The notes beneath the pieces were generated by a model. The model made no database searches and was not told the DNA's origin. It saw only the letters and a list, made by a program, of their open reading frames with translations. This document shows, piece after piece, positions 16,411 through 24,811 of a DNA stretch of 39,087 nucleotides (its first letter is position 1; each line of letters starts with the position of its first letter). Position numbers and translations under genes: made by a program. Origin of the DNA: a virus (Duplodnaviria; Caudoviricetes); IMG/VR virus record IMGVR_UViG_3300027732_000054, positions 1 to 39,087 of that record, one strand, 5' to 3'.

Positions 16411-16586
16411 TGGGCATTATCACTAACATCATTGCTTACAAAATTGGCAAGAGTCGTGGAAGTCGGGACTCCGAAGTCGTCTTTGTGAACGACAGTCGTG
16501 ACCCTGAGTGTCTCAACTACGAGTCGTTCTGTAAGAACTTTGGTTCGTGCGACGGGCAGGAATGTGATTACGGCGATGACGAATGA
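16410..16586 (+). CDS. 58 aa Cys-containing microprotein (not in ORF track)
   Basis: TAATG coupling, SD AGGAG; MGIITNIIAYKIGK. Confidence 0.65.
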   Translation: MGIITNIIAYKIGKSRGSRDSEVVFVNDSRDPECLNYESFCKNFGSCDGQECDYGDDE

Positions 16587-16806
16587 CAATGCCAGCGTCT
16601 TTATTGACGGCGTCCCTAGCCCCGAGGAAATGGAAGAGTTCAACAAAGGTCCATTCATGGCTATGCGGACACGAATGGGTCCGACTGTTTACTGGGGTCC
16701 GTTCGCCACTCTTGACGATGTTCGTTCGTGGGTGTCACAGCAACACTTCAGCGTTGCGATAATCAAACTGAATGACCCGAACGGCAACCCTGACTCTTGG
16801 TGGTAA
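16576..16806 (+). CDS. hypothetical protein
   Basis: MTNDNASVF...YWGPFATLDD. Confidence 0.6.
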   Translation: MTNDNASVFIDGVPSPEEMEEFNKGPFMAMRTRMGPTVYWGPFATLDDVRSWVSQQHFSVAIIKLNDPNGNPDSWW

Positions 16807-16819
16807 AAAACGGGGCTAG

Positions 16820-17008
16820 TCACCACGCCTTGCGTATGTGAACAAAGTCCTTTTCAGTTACTCTGACTCGCCTATTCACCCGTTGCTTGGGCAATAACTC
16901 AGGTCTAACTCCTTTGAGTTCCATTACGAAGCACTCAGAGAACGGAATGTGAGCCCCGCATCCTTGGTAACGCTGATGAACGGCGTTGAGGAAGTCAGCG
17001 AATGTCAT
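16820..17008 (-). CDS. hypothetical protein
   Basis: Start MTFADFL via ATGA overlap. Confidence 0.6.
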   Translation of the reverse strand: MTFADFLNAVHQRYQGCGAHIPFSECFVMELKGVRPELLPKQRVNRRVRVTEKDFVHIRKAW

Positions 17009-17313
17009 CGCATTGAGGGGTGAGTCACGGGAATGAGTAGTGAGCGAGAACGCCCGTACCATAAGCCACTAGAAGCCCTGTATCGGTATACCTTGCTCGT
17101 TCCCACGAAGCGAACATAGCGAGGTGTCCCACCGTTGCGCCACCTGTTACGGATTGGCTCAACACAAACAGAGTCAAGACCCGTGTTCAAGTGAAACTGC
17201 GGACTGAGCCAACTGAACCTATAAGTCAAAAATGCCATAACGCCGACAGCCCCGTACACGGGGTCGTCCTTGACATCAACGATGCCGTACACGCCATTGG
17301 GAAGGGTGTTCAT
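17005..17313 (-). CDS. hypothetical protein
   Basis: ATGA overlaps at both ends. Confidence 0.65.
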   Translation of the reverse strand: MNTLPNGVYGIVDVKDDPVYGAVGVMAFLTYRFSWLSPQFHLNTGLDSVCVEPIRNRWRNGGTPRYVRFVGTSKVYRYRASSGLWYGRSRSLLIPVTHPSMR

Positions 17314-17570
17314 TTCGCCAACAGCCCTGCTATTTCGTCGTAGCCCTGCGTGTACCCATTCTCAAACATTGCGATGAGTCCAGCCTTGACTTTTTCGTCG
17401 CCGTTGGGGTTGTCATTGTCCCCGAACACAATGGCAACGAGCCATAGTTCAGAAACATAATCCCAAGGCTCGGTGTCCTCAAGGGTGAACATTCCAACGA
17501 CTGCGTCGGCTGTACCGATTTCGTAGCCACGCTCGTATGCCTGCTGTGCGAGTTTCAAGTTGTTTGTCAT
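17310..17570 (-). CDS. hypothetical protein, leaderless
   Basis: ATG at +1; AY.RG..IG..DA shared with 27878-28144. Confidence 0.8.
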   Translation of the reverse strand: MTNNLKLAQQAYERGYEIGTADAVVGMFTLEDTEPWDYVSELWLVAIVFGDNDNPNGDEKVKAGLIAMFENGYTQGYDEIAGLLAK

Positions 17571-17577
17571 GTCTACC

Positions 17578-17614
17578 TATCGGCTCGGTCATTACTTTAG
17601 TTCAGTCGTTTTTT
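17578..17614 (-). promoter_or_regulatory. class I promoter with A-tract
   Basis: TATCGG 17578, TAGTTCA 17598, GTCGTTTTTT. Confidence 0.78.
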
Positions 17615-17652
17615 ATTTACGAACATTCGGTTTCGTGTTCGTCGTGGGTTCT

Positions 17653-17919
17653 CTACAACTCCTCTTCACCCTCTTCAAGGCAGGCAACATCGTCGCTACC
17701 CATCTCAATAACTTTTACCCAAGAAAGGATAATGCGGAGAAAAACAGAGTAGTCGTTAGGCGAGTATGTATGAGTCTGAGTGCGGAACTCCTCAATTTCG
17801 TGTTGGGGAACTCCCTCTCGTCGGAGAAGGTGGATGACCTCTTCAATGATGCGAGCATCGGTCATTCCAGTAATGCCAAGACTGATGTCGTATTTGGGCT
17901 TGATGTCTGTGTATCTCAT
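17653..17919 (-). CDS. hypothetical protein, leaderless
   Basis: ATG at +1 of class II promoter. Confidence 0.78.
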   Translation of the reverse strand: MRYTDIKPKYDISLGITGMTDARIIEEVIHLLRREGVPQHEIEEFRTQTHTYSPNDYSVFLRIILSWVKVIEMGSDDVACLEEGEEEL

Positions 17920-17956
17920 AACTTCAGTAAACTCCCTATTGTTAGTAATAACAACC
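17920..17956 (-). promoter_or_regulatory. class II promoter
   Basis: GGTTGT-N12-TAG-GGA-GTTTA-N8-ATG. Confidence 0.8.
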
Positions 17957-17979
17957 TATAATGCAAACTTTCTTGCGGT

Positions 17980-18210
17980 GAAGCCCACCAGCGAGAGGGC
18001 GACTCTCCATCGGTTGCTCTCCATCTAGATAGAGAGCCGAAGCGTTCATAGTCCTTGCGGGTGCGTGTCGGGCAGAGGGTAGCGTGAGTGGTGGAGGGAC
18101 TGGGTACACCGCCTAGGACGGGTAGAGCCAGTATCGCATACTCAGAGGCGGTCGTAACCTTCAGAGGCTTGCGGTGCTATGTCCGCCCCCCGATGTTGCT
18201 GGTGGGCTAC
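17980..18210 (-). ncRNA. candidate structured ncRNA 2 (~230 nt)
   Basis: Starts GTAGCCC at promoter +1; perfect 11 bp terminal inverted repeat 17982-17992/18198-18208; nested stems. Confidence 0.68.
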
Positions 18211-18217
18211 ATCTAGA

Positions 18218-18272
18218 TATCGGGTTACTGCTTACGCTAGTTCAGTCAAAGTTATCCACAAGTTTATCCACA
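18218..18272 (-). promoter_or_regulatory. class I promoter + two tandem DnaA boxes
   Basis: TATCGG 18218, TAGTTCA 18238, boxes 18252/18264. Confidence 0.87.
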
Positions 18273-18289
18273 GCCTAACTAATTGTAAT

Positions 18290-18319
18290 AAGTGCGTTCT
18301 ACAGAAGTGCGTTCTACAG
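18290..18319 (+). repeat. perfect 15 bp tandem repeat
   Basis: AAGTGCGTTCTACAG x2. Confidence 0.85.
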
Positions 18320-18374
18320 TTCGCGATGTGTGTGAGGGCGGTGCCGAAGCCCCGGCTTCATAACGCAACCCTTG

Positions 18375-18388
18375 ACGGTGGCGGAAAG
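18375..18388 (+). repeat. ACGGTGGCGGAAAG motif copy 5
   Basis: Perfect 14-mer. Confidence 0.85.
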
Positions 18389-18408
18389 GAACTGTACGGT
18401 TATATTTC

Positions 18409-18699
18409 ATGCCGACAATCAAAGAAATAAAAAACCGCAACATTGAAGCAGGGGAACATTTCTTTGACGCAGAAGCAATCAAGTTCTTCAACAGCAAGGT
18501 TTACAAAACAACGCACGGCTTCCACTTCACAACTTCAGAGCGGGGCCCCTCAGGAGTTCGTTGTTACTCGGTTCGTGTGATTGATTGGGAAACGGGGAGA
18601 ATCAAAACCGTAGGTAAGTTCCAACAGTTCTCCACTTTGCGTGAAGCGTACAAGTTTGCTAACAAACAGAACACTTGTTCGTCACAGTTGAATGACTAA
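18409..18699 (+). CDS. conserved phage hypothetical protein
   Basis: N...G.HFFD....KFF.SKV, FTTSE, YSVR, FQQF.T..EA pattern. Confidence 0.75.
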   Translation: MPTIKEIKNRNIEAGEHFFDAEAIKFFNSKVYKTTHGFHFTTSERGPSGVRCYSVRVIDWETGRIKTVGKFQQFSTLREAYKFANKQNTCSSQLND

Positions 18700-18992
18700 A
18701 GTTTGTAGTCGCCAATACATTTGTAAGAGTCTGAGTTCAACTCCATGACATACAAGGTGTAGCCCTTGGGGAACTGCGGACGGTTGCGTTCTACCAAGCC
18801 CCGCACAATAGACACCCGTTCCATTGCTTCCTTCTTGGTTGCGTAAGAGCGATAACAGCGACCATCAGTCTCCCATTCAGACAGAACGCAAAACTCGGGA
18901 CTCTGCGGGAAGGCAACAACCTCAACCCCATTAGAAAGGGCGAAGGTTGCTGTTGGCTTTGCGCCCTTTTTGAGCGTGCCTGTGGGCTTCAT
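18696..18992 (-). CDS. hypothetical protein
   Basis: 98 aa ORF, ATGA overlap upstream. Confidence 0.6.
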   Translation of the reverse strand: MKPTGTLKKGAKPTATFALSNGVEVVAFPQSPEFCVLSEWETDGRCYRSYATKKEAMERVSIVRGLVERNRPQFPKGYTLYVMELNSDSYKCIGDYKL

Positions 18993-19162
18993 GTGTTTCT
19001 CGGTTTCTCTGATGTCCTGACATGAGGGGACTTCATGGCATGAGCATACGCCCTGCCGTGACTAAACCCGTGTATGTGCTTGCCCATTATGTATTCGGTG
19101 GCGAAGTTGCGTGACCACCCATGTTCATTGACGGCACGAAGGATAAGTAAGTCAAGGCTCAT
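18989..19162 (-). CDS. 57 aa hypothetical protein (not in ORF track)
   Basis: MSLDLLILRAV...; ATGA overlaps at both ends. Confidence 0.55.
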   Translation of the reverse strand: MSLDLLILRAVNEHGWSRNFATEYIMGKHIHGFSHGRAYAHAMKSPHVRTSEKPRNT

Positions 19163-19563
19163 CGCCATTGCCCAACCCTCATCAGACGGAAGGGAATGTC
19201 CGCCAGCCGACTAAAGAACCGACGAACCCGACGAAGGGAACGCCAACCGATACCGCTGTGCCACAGTTTGATGTCATGCTGTTCGTAAAGTGCCCAAGGC
19301 TCGTTGTCAATCCAGTTCTGAATGAAAGCGTCCAAGTCTCGTGAATACTCAGGCGAAGTGAGGTATGCGTCCGTTACCGAACCCATGAAAGGCATACCGC
19401 TGGGGCGAGCCTGAATGGCAGGCAGACAATCTCGTTGCCAAGCCTCAAAGTTCTCCTCGTACTCAGAGGACTCTAAGTATTCGTCCTCTAAGGCTTCTAG
19501 TTCCTCTCCGTGTCGGAGACTGTCTTGGAAGGGCTGTTCTAACCATGCGTCGTAGTTGCTCAT
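19159..19563 (-). CDS. hypothetical protein, leaderless
   Basis: ATG at +1. Confidence 0.8.
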   Translation of the reverse strand: MSNYDAWLEQPFQDSLRHGEELEALEDEYLESSEYEENFEAWQRDCLPAIQARPSGMPFMGSVTDAYLTSPEYSRDLDAFIQNWIDNEPWALYEQHDIKLWHSGIGWRSLRRVRRFFSRLADIPFRLMRVGQWR

Positions 19564-19570
19564 ACATACC

Positions 19571-19606
19571 TATCGGTTTAGTCGTTACATTAGTTCAGTC
19601 GTTTTT
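19571..19606 (-). promoter_or_regulatory. class I promoter with A-tract
   Basis: TATCGG 19571, TAGTTCA 19591, GTCGTTTTT. Confidence 0.78.
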
Positions 19607-19867
19607 ATTCGGGTTACGGCTGATGAGGTCTATGACTGCGTCGTTCGGCGTAGCCCCGCGCCCAATGAACTGCGCTTTCTCACTCAGCCAAAACTCTTGA
19701 CACTCAGAGTCCTCGGATATTGCTTCTTCGGGTATTTCGTGACAGTTAGCAATAGCGAACCAAGCACCATCTTCGTATGCGCCCCCATAACGGGACTGCC
19801 GAACGACAATCGGGTACGGGTTGAACGGCAACGCCCGACCACCGCTGAGTACCGTCGCTAAGGTCAT
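19595..19867 (-). CDS. conserved phage hypothetical protein
   Basis: YPIVVRQSRYGGAYEDGAW...GRGATPNDA; ATGA overlap. Confidence 0.75.
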   Translation of the reverse strand: MTLATVLSGGRALPFNPYPIVVRQSRYGGAYEDGAWFAIANCHEIPEEAISEDSECQEFWLSEKAQFIGRGATPNDAVIDLISRNPNKND

Positions 19868-20151
19868 GTGTAGAAGGGCATGACGATAATGGGAGTTGTT
19901 TCTCCCATACACGCACCTACGCAGTTGAAATCAATGTATTCCATTGCCATCTCGTCGTCCATGCCATCACGGGTCATGAGTACCTCAACCATCTTTTCGT
20001 ATGAATAGACAGCAAGGAGTGGCTCGTTCATGCGTTGTGAGTAGCCGATACAGGCTTCGTCAAAGCCGTCCATGAGAAGTGGGGTCTCTCCCATTTCCTG
20101 TAGTTGTTCTTCAATGATTGCTCTAGTAATCACGGTTGCCCCTTTCGGCAT
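19864..20151 (-). CDS. conserved phage hypothetical protein
   Basis: DGFDEACIG...AVYSYEKM...A.EYIDFN..GA..GE.TP. Confidence 0.78.
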   Translation of the reverse strand: MPKGATVITRAIIEEQLQEMGETPLLMDGFDEACIGYSQRMNEPLLAVYSYEKMVEVLMTRDGMDDEMAMEYIDFNCVGACMGETTPIIVMPFYT

Positions 20152-20201
20152 TGTGTCGTATTCGGTTGATGTGTCTTTGTAGCGGAATGAATTGAAGTCC
20201 A

Positions 20202-20297
20202 CTACCGCTTCCAATACTTGATAGCGAACATTCCCCCCACTCCAAGAGCGAGGGCGAAACATAAGACAACAGAGTCAAAGTTAAGTGTCACGGACAT
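20202..20297 (-). CDS. 31 aa single-TM microprotein (not in ORF track)
   Basis: SD AAGGAG; MSVTLNFDSVVLCFALALGVGGMFAIKYWKR. Confidence 0.55.
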   Translation of the reverse strand: MSVTLNFDSVVLCFALALGVGGMFAIKYWKR

Positions 20298-20331
20298 AGG
20301 CTACTCCTTGATAGTGATATAGACAGTAGCA

Positions 20332-20688
20332 CTAGCCTCTGTCTCTGACCGCCTCTGTTGCCATACGCAAGACACCATAGTGGTGTGCGATGAGTTCTAA
20401 GTCATGGGCAGGGACATCGTGGTCGTCCCCATCATATTCCCCGTTCTCGTTCATTGCGCCAAACACGACGCAAGTTCCGCAGAGGATACGCCCGAACAAA
20501 GCGGTAGCGATGGGGTTGATGGGGAGTCCGTCAATGAGACCCGTATCGTGGACATAGCCAATGATGGTTTCGCTACGAACGCAGTCAAACCAACCACCCA
20601 CCATTTCGTGGATTTCGCTGTGAGTCACGCCCACATCAAAGGTCTTTTTGGTTACTGAGTTTTCTGTGATAATGATTGCTGTGTTCAT
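20332..20688 (-). CDS. DUF3846-like protein
   Basis: VGGWFDCV, YVHDTG...GLP.N..AT, L.G.CVVFG. Confidence 0.75.
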   Translation of the reverse strand: MNTAIIITENSVTKKTFDVGVTHSEIHEMVGGWFDCVRSETIIGYVHDTGLIDGLPINPIATALFGRILCGTCVVFGAMNENGEYDGDDHDVPAHDLELIAHHYGVLRMATEAVRDRG

Positions 20689-21107
20689 ACTGTCTCCCAA
20701 TACTCATCGTTGGCAAGTAGTTCGTGTGCTGACGCAATAGCCTCGGTGAGAGTGTGTTGTACGCAGTCAAGGTGGTCGTCGTTGTATAAATCAAACCAAG
20801 AGTTATTTATCCAATCAATGCGACCACTCTCGGTAGCCTCAAAAATTTCGTAGTCACTCTTTAGGTCGTATTGTGCCCATTGGTCACAGTAACGAATAAC
20901 TTCGTGACCCTCTGACCAATCGCGAGGGTTGTAAGCGAGATGGACTCTTTGTTCTCCGTCGGCGTAGATGTGAACGGTGCGTTCGCCATTACTGACGCTC
21001 GCCACAATGTCGTGGTGGTCTGCCGAGTGCGTGTACCAAGTAGCGTCCTCACGCCCTTCGGTTCGTTCGTCGGGTTGGTGCCAAGTGATATTGATGGTTG
21101 TTGTCAT
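20685..21107 (-). CDS. hypothetical protein, leaderless
   Basis: ATG at +1; WINNSWFDLY. Confidence 0.82.
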   Translation of the reverse strand: MTTTINITWHQPDERTEGREDATWYTHSADHHDIVASVSNGERTVHIYADGEQRVHLAYNPRDWSEGHEVIRYCDQWAQYDLKSDYEIFEATESGRIDWINNSWFDLYNDDHLDCVQHTLTEAIASAHELLANDEYWETV

Positions 21108-21114
21108 GAGTATG

Positions 21115-21169
21115 TATCGCTTCCGTCATTACGCTAGTTCAGCGTAGTTTATCCACAGGTTTATCCACA
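21115..21169 (-). promoter_or_regulatory. class I promoter (GCGATA) + two tandem DnaA boxes inside upstream CDS end
   Basis: TATCGC 21115, TAGTTCA 21135, boxes 21149/21161. Confidence 0.83.
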
Positions 21170-21378
21170 AGACCTTGTAGGATTTTGTAGATTGCGAGGT
21201 CTGCTTGCTCTAGTTCCTCGGTGACGGGGCTCCACTCCATCTTGCCGTCGTTCCAAATGGTTCGCTGTGAGTCAATGGCTATGTCGGGCTGTACGACGAA
21301 GCGCAGTTGCCCGTCCCGCATTTCTGCCATCACGGGGAAATAGAACTGTAAGCCTTCAGGGATTTCGGGTATGTCCAT
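21139..21378 (-). CDS. hypothetical protein
   Basis: MDIPEIPEG; C-terminal VDKPVDK encodes the DnaA boxes. Confidence 0.7.
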   Translation of the reverse strand: MDIPEIPEGLQFYFPVMAEMRDGQLRFVVQPDIAIDSQRTIWNDGKMEWSPVTEELEQADLAIYKILQGLVDKPVDKLR

Positions 21379-21380
21379 TG

Positions 21381-21584
21381 CTAGACCTCGCAGTCGTGTC
21401 CGTAGAGCCACTCGGCATGGTCAATCTCGTTGGCAAGGTCAAACGCTCGCTCGCACTCAACGCAGACATTGAGTAGCAGGTTTCCTCGTCCATCGCAAAC
21501 ATCACATTGAGTAGCGTCACCGTGTCCTGCCCACACACCGCCGTGACCCGTACAGGCAGGGCAGATTTTTTTGATTGTGTTCAT
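21381..21584 (-). CDS. DnaJ-type CxxCxGxG zinc-finger microprotein
   Basis: CPACTGHG, CDVCDGRG, CVEC...HDC. Confidence 0.75.
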   Translation of the reverse strand: MNTIKKICPACTGHGGVWAGHGDATQCDVCDGRGNLLLNVCVECERAFDLANEIDHAEWLYGHDCEV

Positions 21585-21588
21585 CTGT

Positions 21589-21996
21589 TCACCATTTTTC
21601 TTTTGGAGTTCCGAAAGGGTCTTTTTTGTCGGAGTCGCATACCCAATCGGGCTTCTCGGTCGGGTCGCATGCCCAATGCTGTCGCTTCACCCAACTACCC
21701 GTTGGCATCTGTACCCATACATCGCCAACAAGGGTGGCAGGATAAAGTTTGCTTCGTCCGTCAGTTTTTACCCATACGAGGCGTTTCTTACAATGAACGC
21801 AACCCAAGAGTGTTCCTATAGAGGCGTTCATAAACTCTTTGTAATCCTTAGAAATAGCCTCACCTTTACGATGAACCTCTCGCTTGAATAGATATGCGCC
21901 CTTGCGCTTGCCGTTTGACCACGGCTCACGGCGCATGATTGGATTTAGGGTGTGCTTGTCTTGCCCTGTCAAAGAGGAGTTGACGGTGGTGGTCAT
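21589..21996 (-). CDS. hypothetical Cys/His protein, leaderless
   Basis: ATG 21996 at +1; CVHCKKRLVWVKT...HWAC. Confidence 0.78.
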   Translation of the reverse strand: MTTTVNSSLTGQDKHTLNPIMRREPWSNGKRKGAYLFKREVHRKGEAISKDYKEFMNASIGTLLGCVHCKKRLVWVKTDGRSKLYPATLVGDVWVQMPTGSWVKRQHWACDPTEKPDWVCDSDKKDPFGTPKEKW

Positions 21997-22003
21997 ATCC
22001 ATG

Positions 22004-22046
22004 TATCGGTTCTCTCGTTACGGTAGTTCAGCGAAGTTTATCCACA
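22004..22046 (-). promoter_or_regulatory. class I promoter + DnaA box
   Basis: TATCGG 22004, TAGTTCA 22024, box 22038. Confidence 0.85.
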
Positions 22047-22089
22047 GGCTCGGAAGCAGGAGCCCCGTATTCGTTGTTGGCAGGGGGCT

Positions 22090-22311
22090 TCACCACCCTT
22101 CCTGCTCCATCTCAAAGCGAATATTATCTCGCTCTCGTTCTTCAGGTGTCATATTCATGTAATAAGGCACGGGTTCTTCACCAAGAGACTGTCGCCACGC
22201 CTGTGGTGCGTCGGAAGAAGAACCGCCGCCACTCACCCATGACATGACAAATTCGGCGTATTGTTCGCCCTCGTAATCGGGTTCTTGTTCTTGTTCGTAT
22301 TCGTGTTCCAT
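22090..22311 (-). CDS. acidic hypothetical protein, leaderless
   Basis: ATG 22311 at +1 of class II promoter. Confidence 0.78.
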   Translation of the reverse strand: MEHEYEQEQEPDYEGEQYAEFVMSWVSGGGSSSDAPQAWRQSLGEEPVPYYMNMTPEERERDNIRFEMEQEGW

Positions 22312-22348
22312 AACTTCATTGAACACTCTAATAGTAATAGTAACAACC
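22312..22348 (-). promoter_or_regulatory. class II promoter
   Basis: GGTTGT-N12-TAG-AGT-GTTCA-N8-ATG. Confidence 0.8.
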
Positions 22349-22486
22349 TCTAGTGAGATTTATTTACTTACACCCACCACATCGGCGCACTTTGACAATG
22401 CGCTGGACATGGGCAGGACGATGACGCTCAGGCTTCTTAGCCTCTGTCTGTTCGGATTTATCGGGGTCATCTGCCATGTCTCTATT

Positions 22487-22759
22487 TTACACGGTGGCGG
22501 AAAGGGAACTGCGTAACAGCGAACCGCCCGTACAGCCCCGCACTTGGACATTGGCGTACCTATCTCGGTAGTAATCCACCCGTGCTTCGGCAACTTCTCG
22601 CTCCTCGGACTTTGAGATGTTATGGATTTCCCACTCAACAGGTTCTATAACGCCTTGAGTAAACTCCTCATCATCTGGATTTAGCGGATAGTGAGCGAGG
22701 ATAATGATGTGGGACAAGTCTGATGTCTCGTCGGGGAACTTGATGAATGTTTGCTTCAT
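22487..22759 (-). CDS. hypothetical protein, leaderless
   Basis: ATG 22759 at +1 of class II-like promoter. Confidence 0.62.
   Translation of the reverse strand: MKQTFIKFPDETSDLSHIIILAHYPLNPDDEEFTQGVIEPVEWEIHNISKSEEREVAEARVDYYRDRYANVQVRGCTGGSLLRSSLSATV
22491..22504 (+). repeat. ACGGTGGCGGAAAG motif copy 6
   Basis: Perfect 14-mer overlapping gene 3' end. Confidence 0.85.
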
Positions 22760-22808
22760 ATATACAGCGAACTGTCTAATCCGTCTATCCACAACCCCCT
22801 GTGGATAA
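22760..22808 (-). promoter_or_regulatory. class II promoter overlapped by DnaA boxes
   Basis: GGTTGT-N12-TAG-ACA-GTTCG-N8-ATG; CTATCCACA 22785, TGTGGATAA 22800. Confidence 0.68.
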
Positions 22809-22820
22809 AGTCTCATAGGT

Positions 22821-23213
22821 TTATGAGTCGCCCCACATCAGCCTGAGTTCATCTACCTCGTCGTTTACCAAACCCGGGGCTGTCAGCATGAGTCCCCGTA
22901 GGTCTATTTCGTCGGTGTCCCAAAACTCCTCATACTCCTCATCGTCCATTTCACGAACGCCCCTATCAAGTAAGAGCCACTCGCCAATATCGGACAGGTA
23001 ACGAAGTTCGTCCTCGCTAACACCGCTTTCCTTTGAGAGAGTCGTGATGCCTTTGGTGAAGGGGATGTTGTCGTTGAGTGCGATGGTACGCAAAAGACGG
23101 ACTGCGACATTGGCAATGACCGCACCGTTGGGTCGCCAAAGAGTCCCGTGTTCACTGTGTCGCCTGAGCGTTGCTGAGAGGTAGCGCAATCTGCGTCGGT
23201 CACTCTTGTCCAT
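22821..23213 (-). CDS. hypothetical protein
   Basis: Start MDKSDRRR via TGATG. Confidence 0.68.
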   Translation of the reverse strand: MDKSDRRRLRYLSATLRRHSEHGTLWRPNGAVIANVAVRLLRTIALNDNIPFTKGITTLSKESGVSEDELRYLSDIGEWLLLDRGVREMDDEEYEEFWDTDEIDLRGLMLTAPGLVNDEVDELRLMWGDS

Positions 23214-23425
23214 CAGAACAACGAGTCCATCGTTACGCCTATGGTGACTAGGCAATGCTCATGAAGGTAGAAGGGCAACTCGTCCTCAATCTTGATGATT
23301 GTTTTCTTGTTGGGTTTCGCCCAACCCTTGACCATCTGAAGTGTATGTTGCGACTTCAGGTCTACTTCCAGCCCACACTTGGAACAGGTGTAAAGGGGCG
23401 GTAGTCCCATTTGTGTCCGTAACAT
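23213..23425 (-). CDS. zinc-binding microprotein
   Basis: CSKCG...HEHC; overlaps 23286-23570, so boundaries are uncertain. Confidence 0.55.
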   Translation of the reverse strand: MLRTQMGLPPLYTCSKCGLEVDLKSQHTLQMVKGWAKPNKKTIIKIEDELPFYLHEHCLVTIGVTMDSLF

Positions 23426-23573
23426 TGACTCTCCTAATCTTTGGCGACCAGCGTGTTTCAGCGAACCGTTTTGTTTCTTTCAGCAGGATAGCAAACTCGT
23501 TATCGGGCAGTTCTGCTAGTTCAGGTGGACGGAATGTGTCCTTGATGGTGTTGTCTGTAATGTAAATCATCGG

Positions 23574-23768
23574 TCATACTTCCATATTGTCAGGCTTGTG
23601 TCCCTTGCGACGCAGTACGAATGAGTTAGCACACGACCTACCCTTGTATTCGGGGTCAAGCACATCAGCCTCATATAGAGAAACATCGGACGAGAGAAAC
23701 ATCTTGGCGAAGTTTTCCACTTCATCACGACTAGCGAAGTTTACGACGAGAGAGAAAGTCTTGCTCAT
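23574..23768 (-). CDS. hypothetical protein
   Basis: ATGA overlap. Confidence 0.6.
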   Translation of the reverse strand: MSKTFSLVVNFASRDEVENFAKMFLSSDVSLYEADVLDPEYKGRSCANSFVLRRKGHKPDNMEV

Positions 23769-24175
23769 TTTGTCCACCATTCGTTCAGGGCATCACAAAT
23801 TGCGCCCTGACCATCGCCACCTAAGTCTTGAGGCTCGTCAGGTTCGTCCTCACGGCGCATAATGTTTGAGAACCCGTCAATGGTTTTCATAGTTACGATA
23901 CGCACACGCATACGCTCAGGGTGCTGACTCGGACGGATACCGTCAGGATTTTCGGGATTGTGAGGCGAGGCGTATCCAACCATCACCAACGCAACGGCGT
24001 TGATGTATGAGGGTCGTTGGGTTTCCTCTAACAACTCATAGGGGTTAGGGTTTGTTCCCAACAGGTACGCACCGTCGTTGTCGCAGGCGTAAAGCAGAGC
24101 GTCTATCTCAAACGGGTCGTCCGTGTGGTTGTGAACCAAGTCGTCAATAGTCATTGCCATTGCGGTGATGTTCAT
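23765..24175 (-). CDS. hypothetical protein
   Basis: Start MNITAM via TAATG; GYASP...RPSQHPERMRVR. Confidence 0.78.
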   Translation of the reverse strand: MNITAMAMTIDDLVHNHTDDPFEIDALLYACDNDGAYLLGTNPNPYELLEETQRPSYINAVALVMVGYASPHNPENPDGIRPSQHPERMRVRIVTMKTIDGFSNIMRREDEPDEPQDLGGDGQGAICDALNEWWTK

Positions 24176-24450
24176 TATTCCGTTTCCCCTACTGCTTCTA
24201 TTTGTTCGTTGATTAGTTGTTCGTTGTATTCCGACTTTTCTACAACTGCGTCGGCAATCCATTCGGATACATCGTTTCCTGCGTTGTCCCATTCGTCAAA
24301 CTCCTTACAGATTTCTGCCCACGCTTCATCGGTGAGGGTGTGTTCGTCAATCGTTGGGTACTCCATATTCTCTTTGAGCCATATGAGAGCGCAGATGTTT
24401 TCGTCAGGGCTTTTGCCCTCTAGAATTTTTAGGAGTGATGAGACTTTCAT
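24175..24450 (-). CDS. hypothetical acidic protein
   Basis: SD GGAG, coupled both sides. Confidence 0.75.
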   Translation of the reverse strand: MKVSSLLKILEGKSPDENICALIWLKENMEYPTIDEHTLTDEAWAEICKEFDEWDNAGNDVSEWIADAVVEKSEYNEQLINEQIEAVGETE

Positions 24451-24758
24451 TGCTCTACTCCAATCCCGATGTGGGCGAGTGCTTCCTGAATGTCATGGAA
24501 GTAATATCCGTGACAGATGTACCAGCCGTTGTCGTTGGCGATAACCGTCCAAGAGGCGTAGGCGTGAAAGTTCTTACCCTCACGGACTGCCACCACTTCC
24601 CAAGTGGAGAAACTTGCGCCACCCCATTGTGAGGGTTCGGCAGGTCGGAAGTCCTGAACCTTGCGGAACGCAATGACAGTTGCCTCGTTGTAGAGGCGTG
24701 TGCCTACTGCGATGTCGGCAGTGGTGTGGTCATATTCGGTGATTGTTTCAGTGGTCAT
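24447..24758 (-). CDS. hypothetical protein, leaderless
   Basis: ATG at +1; YASW...GYYF..I.EA. Confidence 0.8.
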   Translation of the reverse strand: MTTETITEYDHTTADIAVGTRLYNEATVIAFRKVQDFRPAEPSQWGGASFSTWEVVAVREGKNFHAYASWTVIANDNGWYICHGYYFHDIQEALAHIGIGVEQ

Positions 24759-24765
24759 ACATACC

Positions 24766-24808
24766 TATCGGGTTGGTGATTTTTTTAGTTCAGTCGGAGT
24801 TATCCACA
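24766..24808 (-). promoter_or_regulatory. class I promoter + DnaA box
   Basis: TATCGG 24766, TAGTTCA 24786, box 24800. Confidence 0.85.
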
Positions 24809-24811
24809 GGG

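Noticed and set aside
17980-18210. Retron msr-msd
   Set aside because: Terminal inverted repeat fits loosely, but no reverse transcriptase is adjacent or in the window
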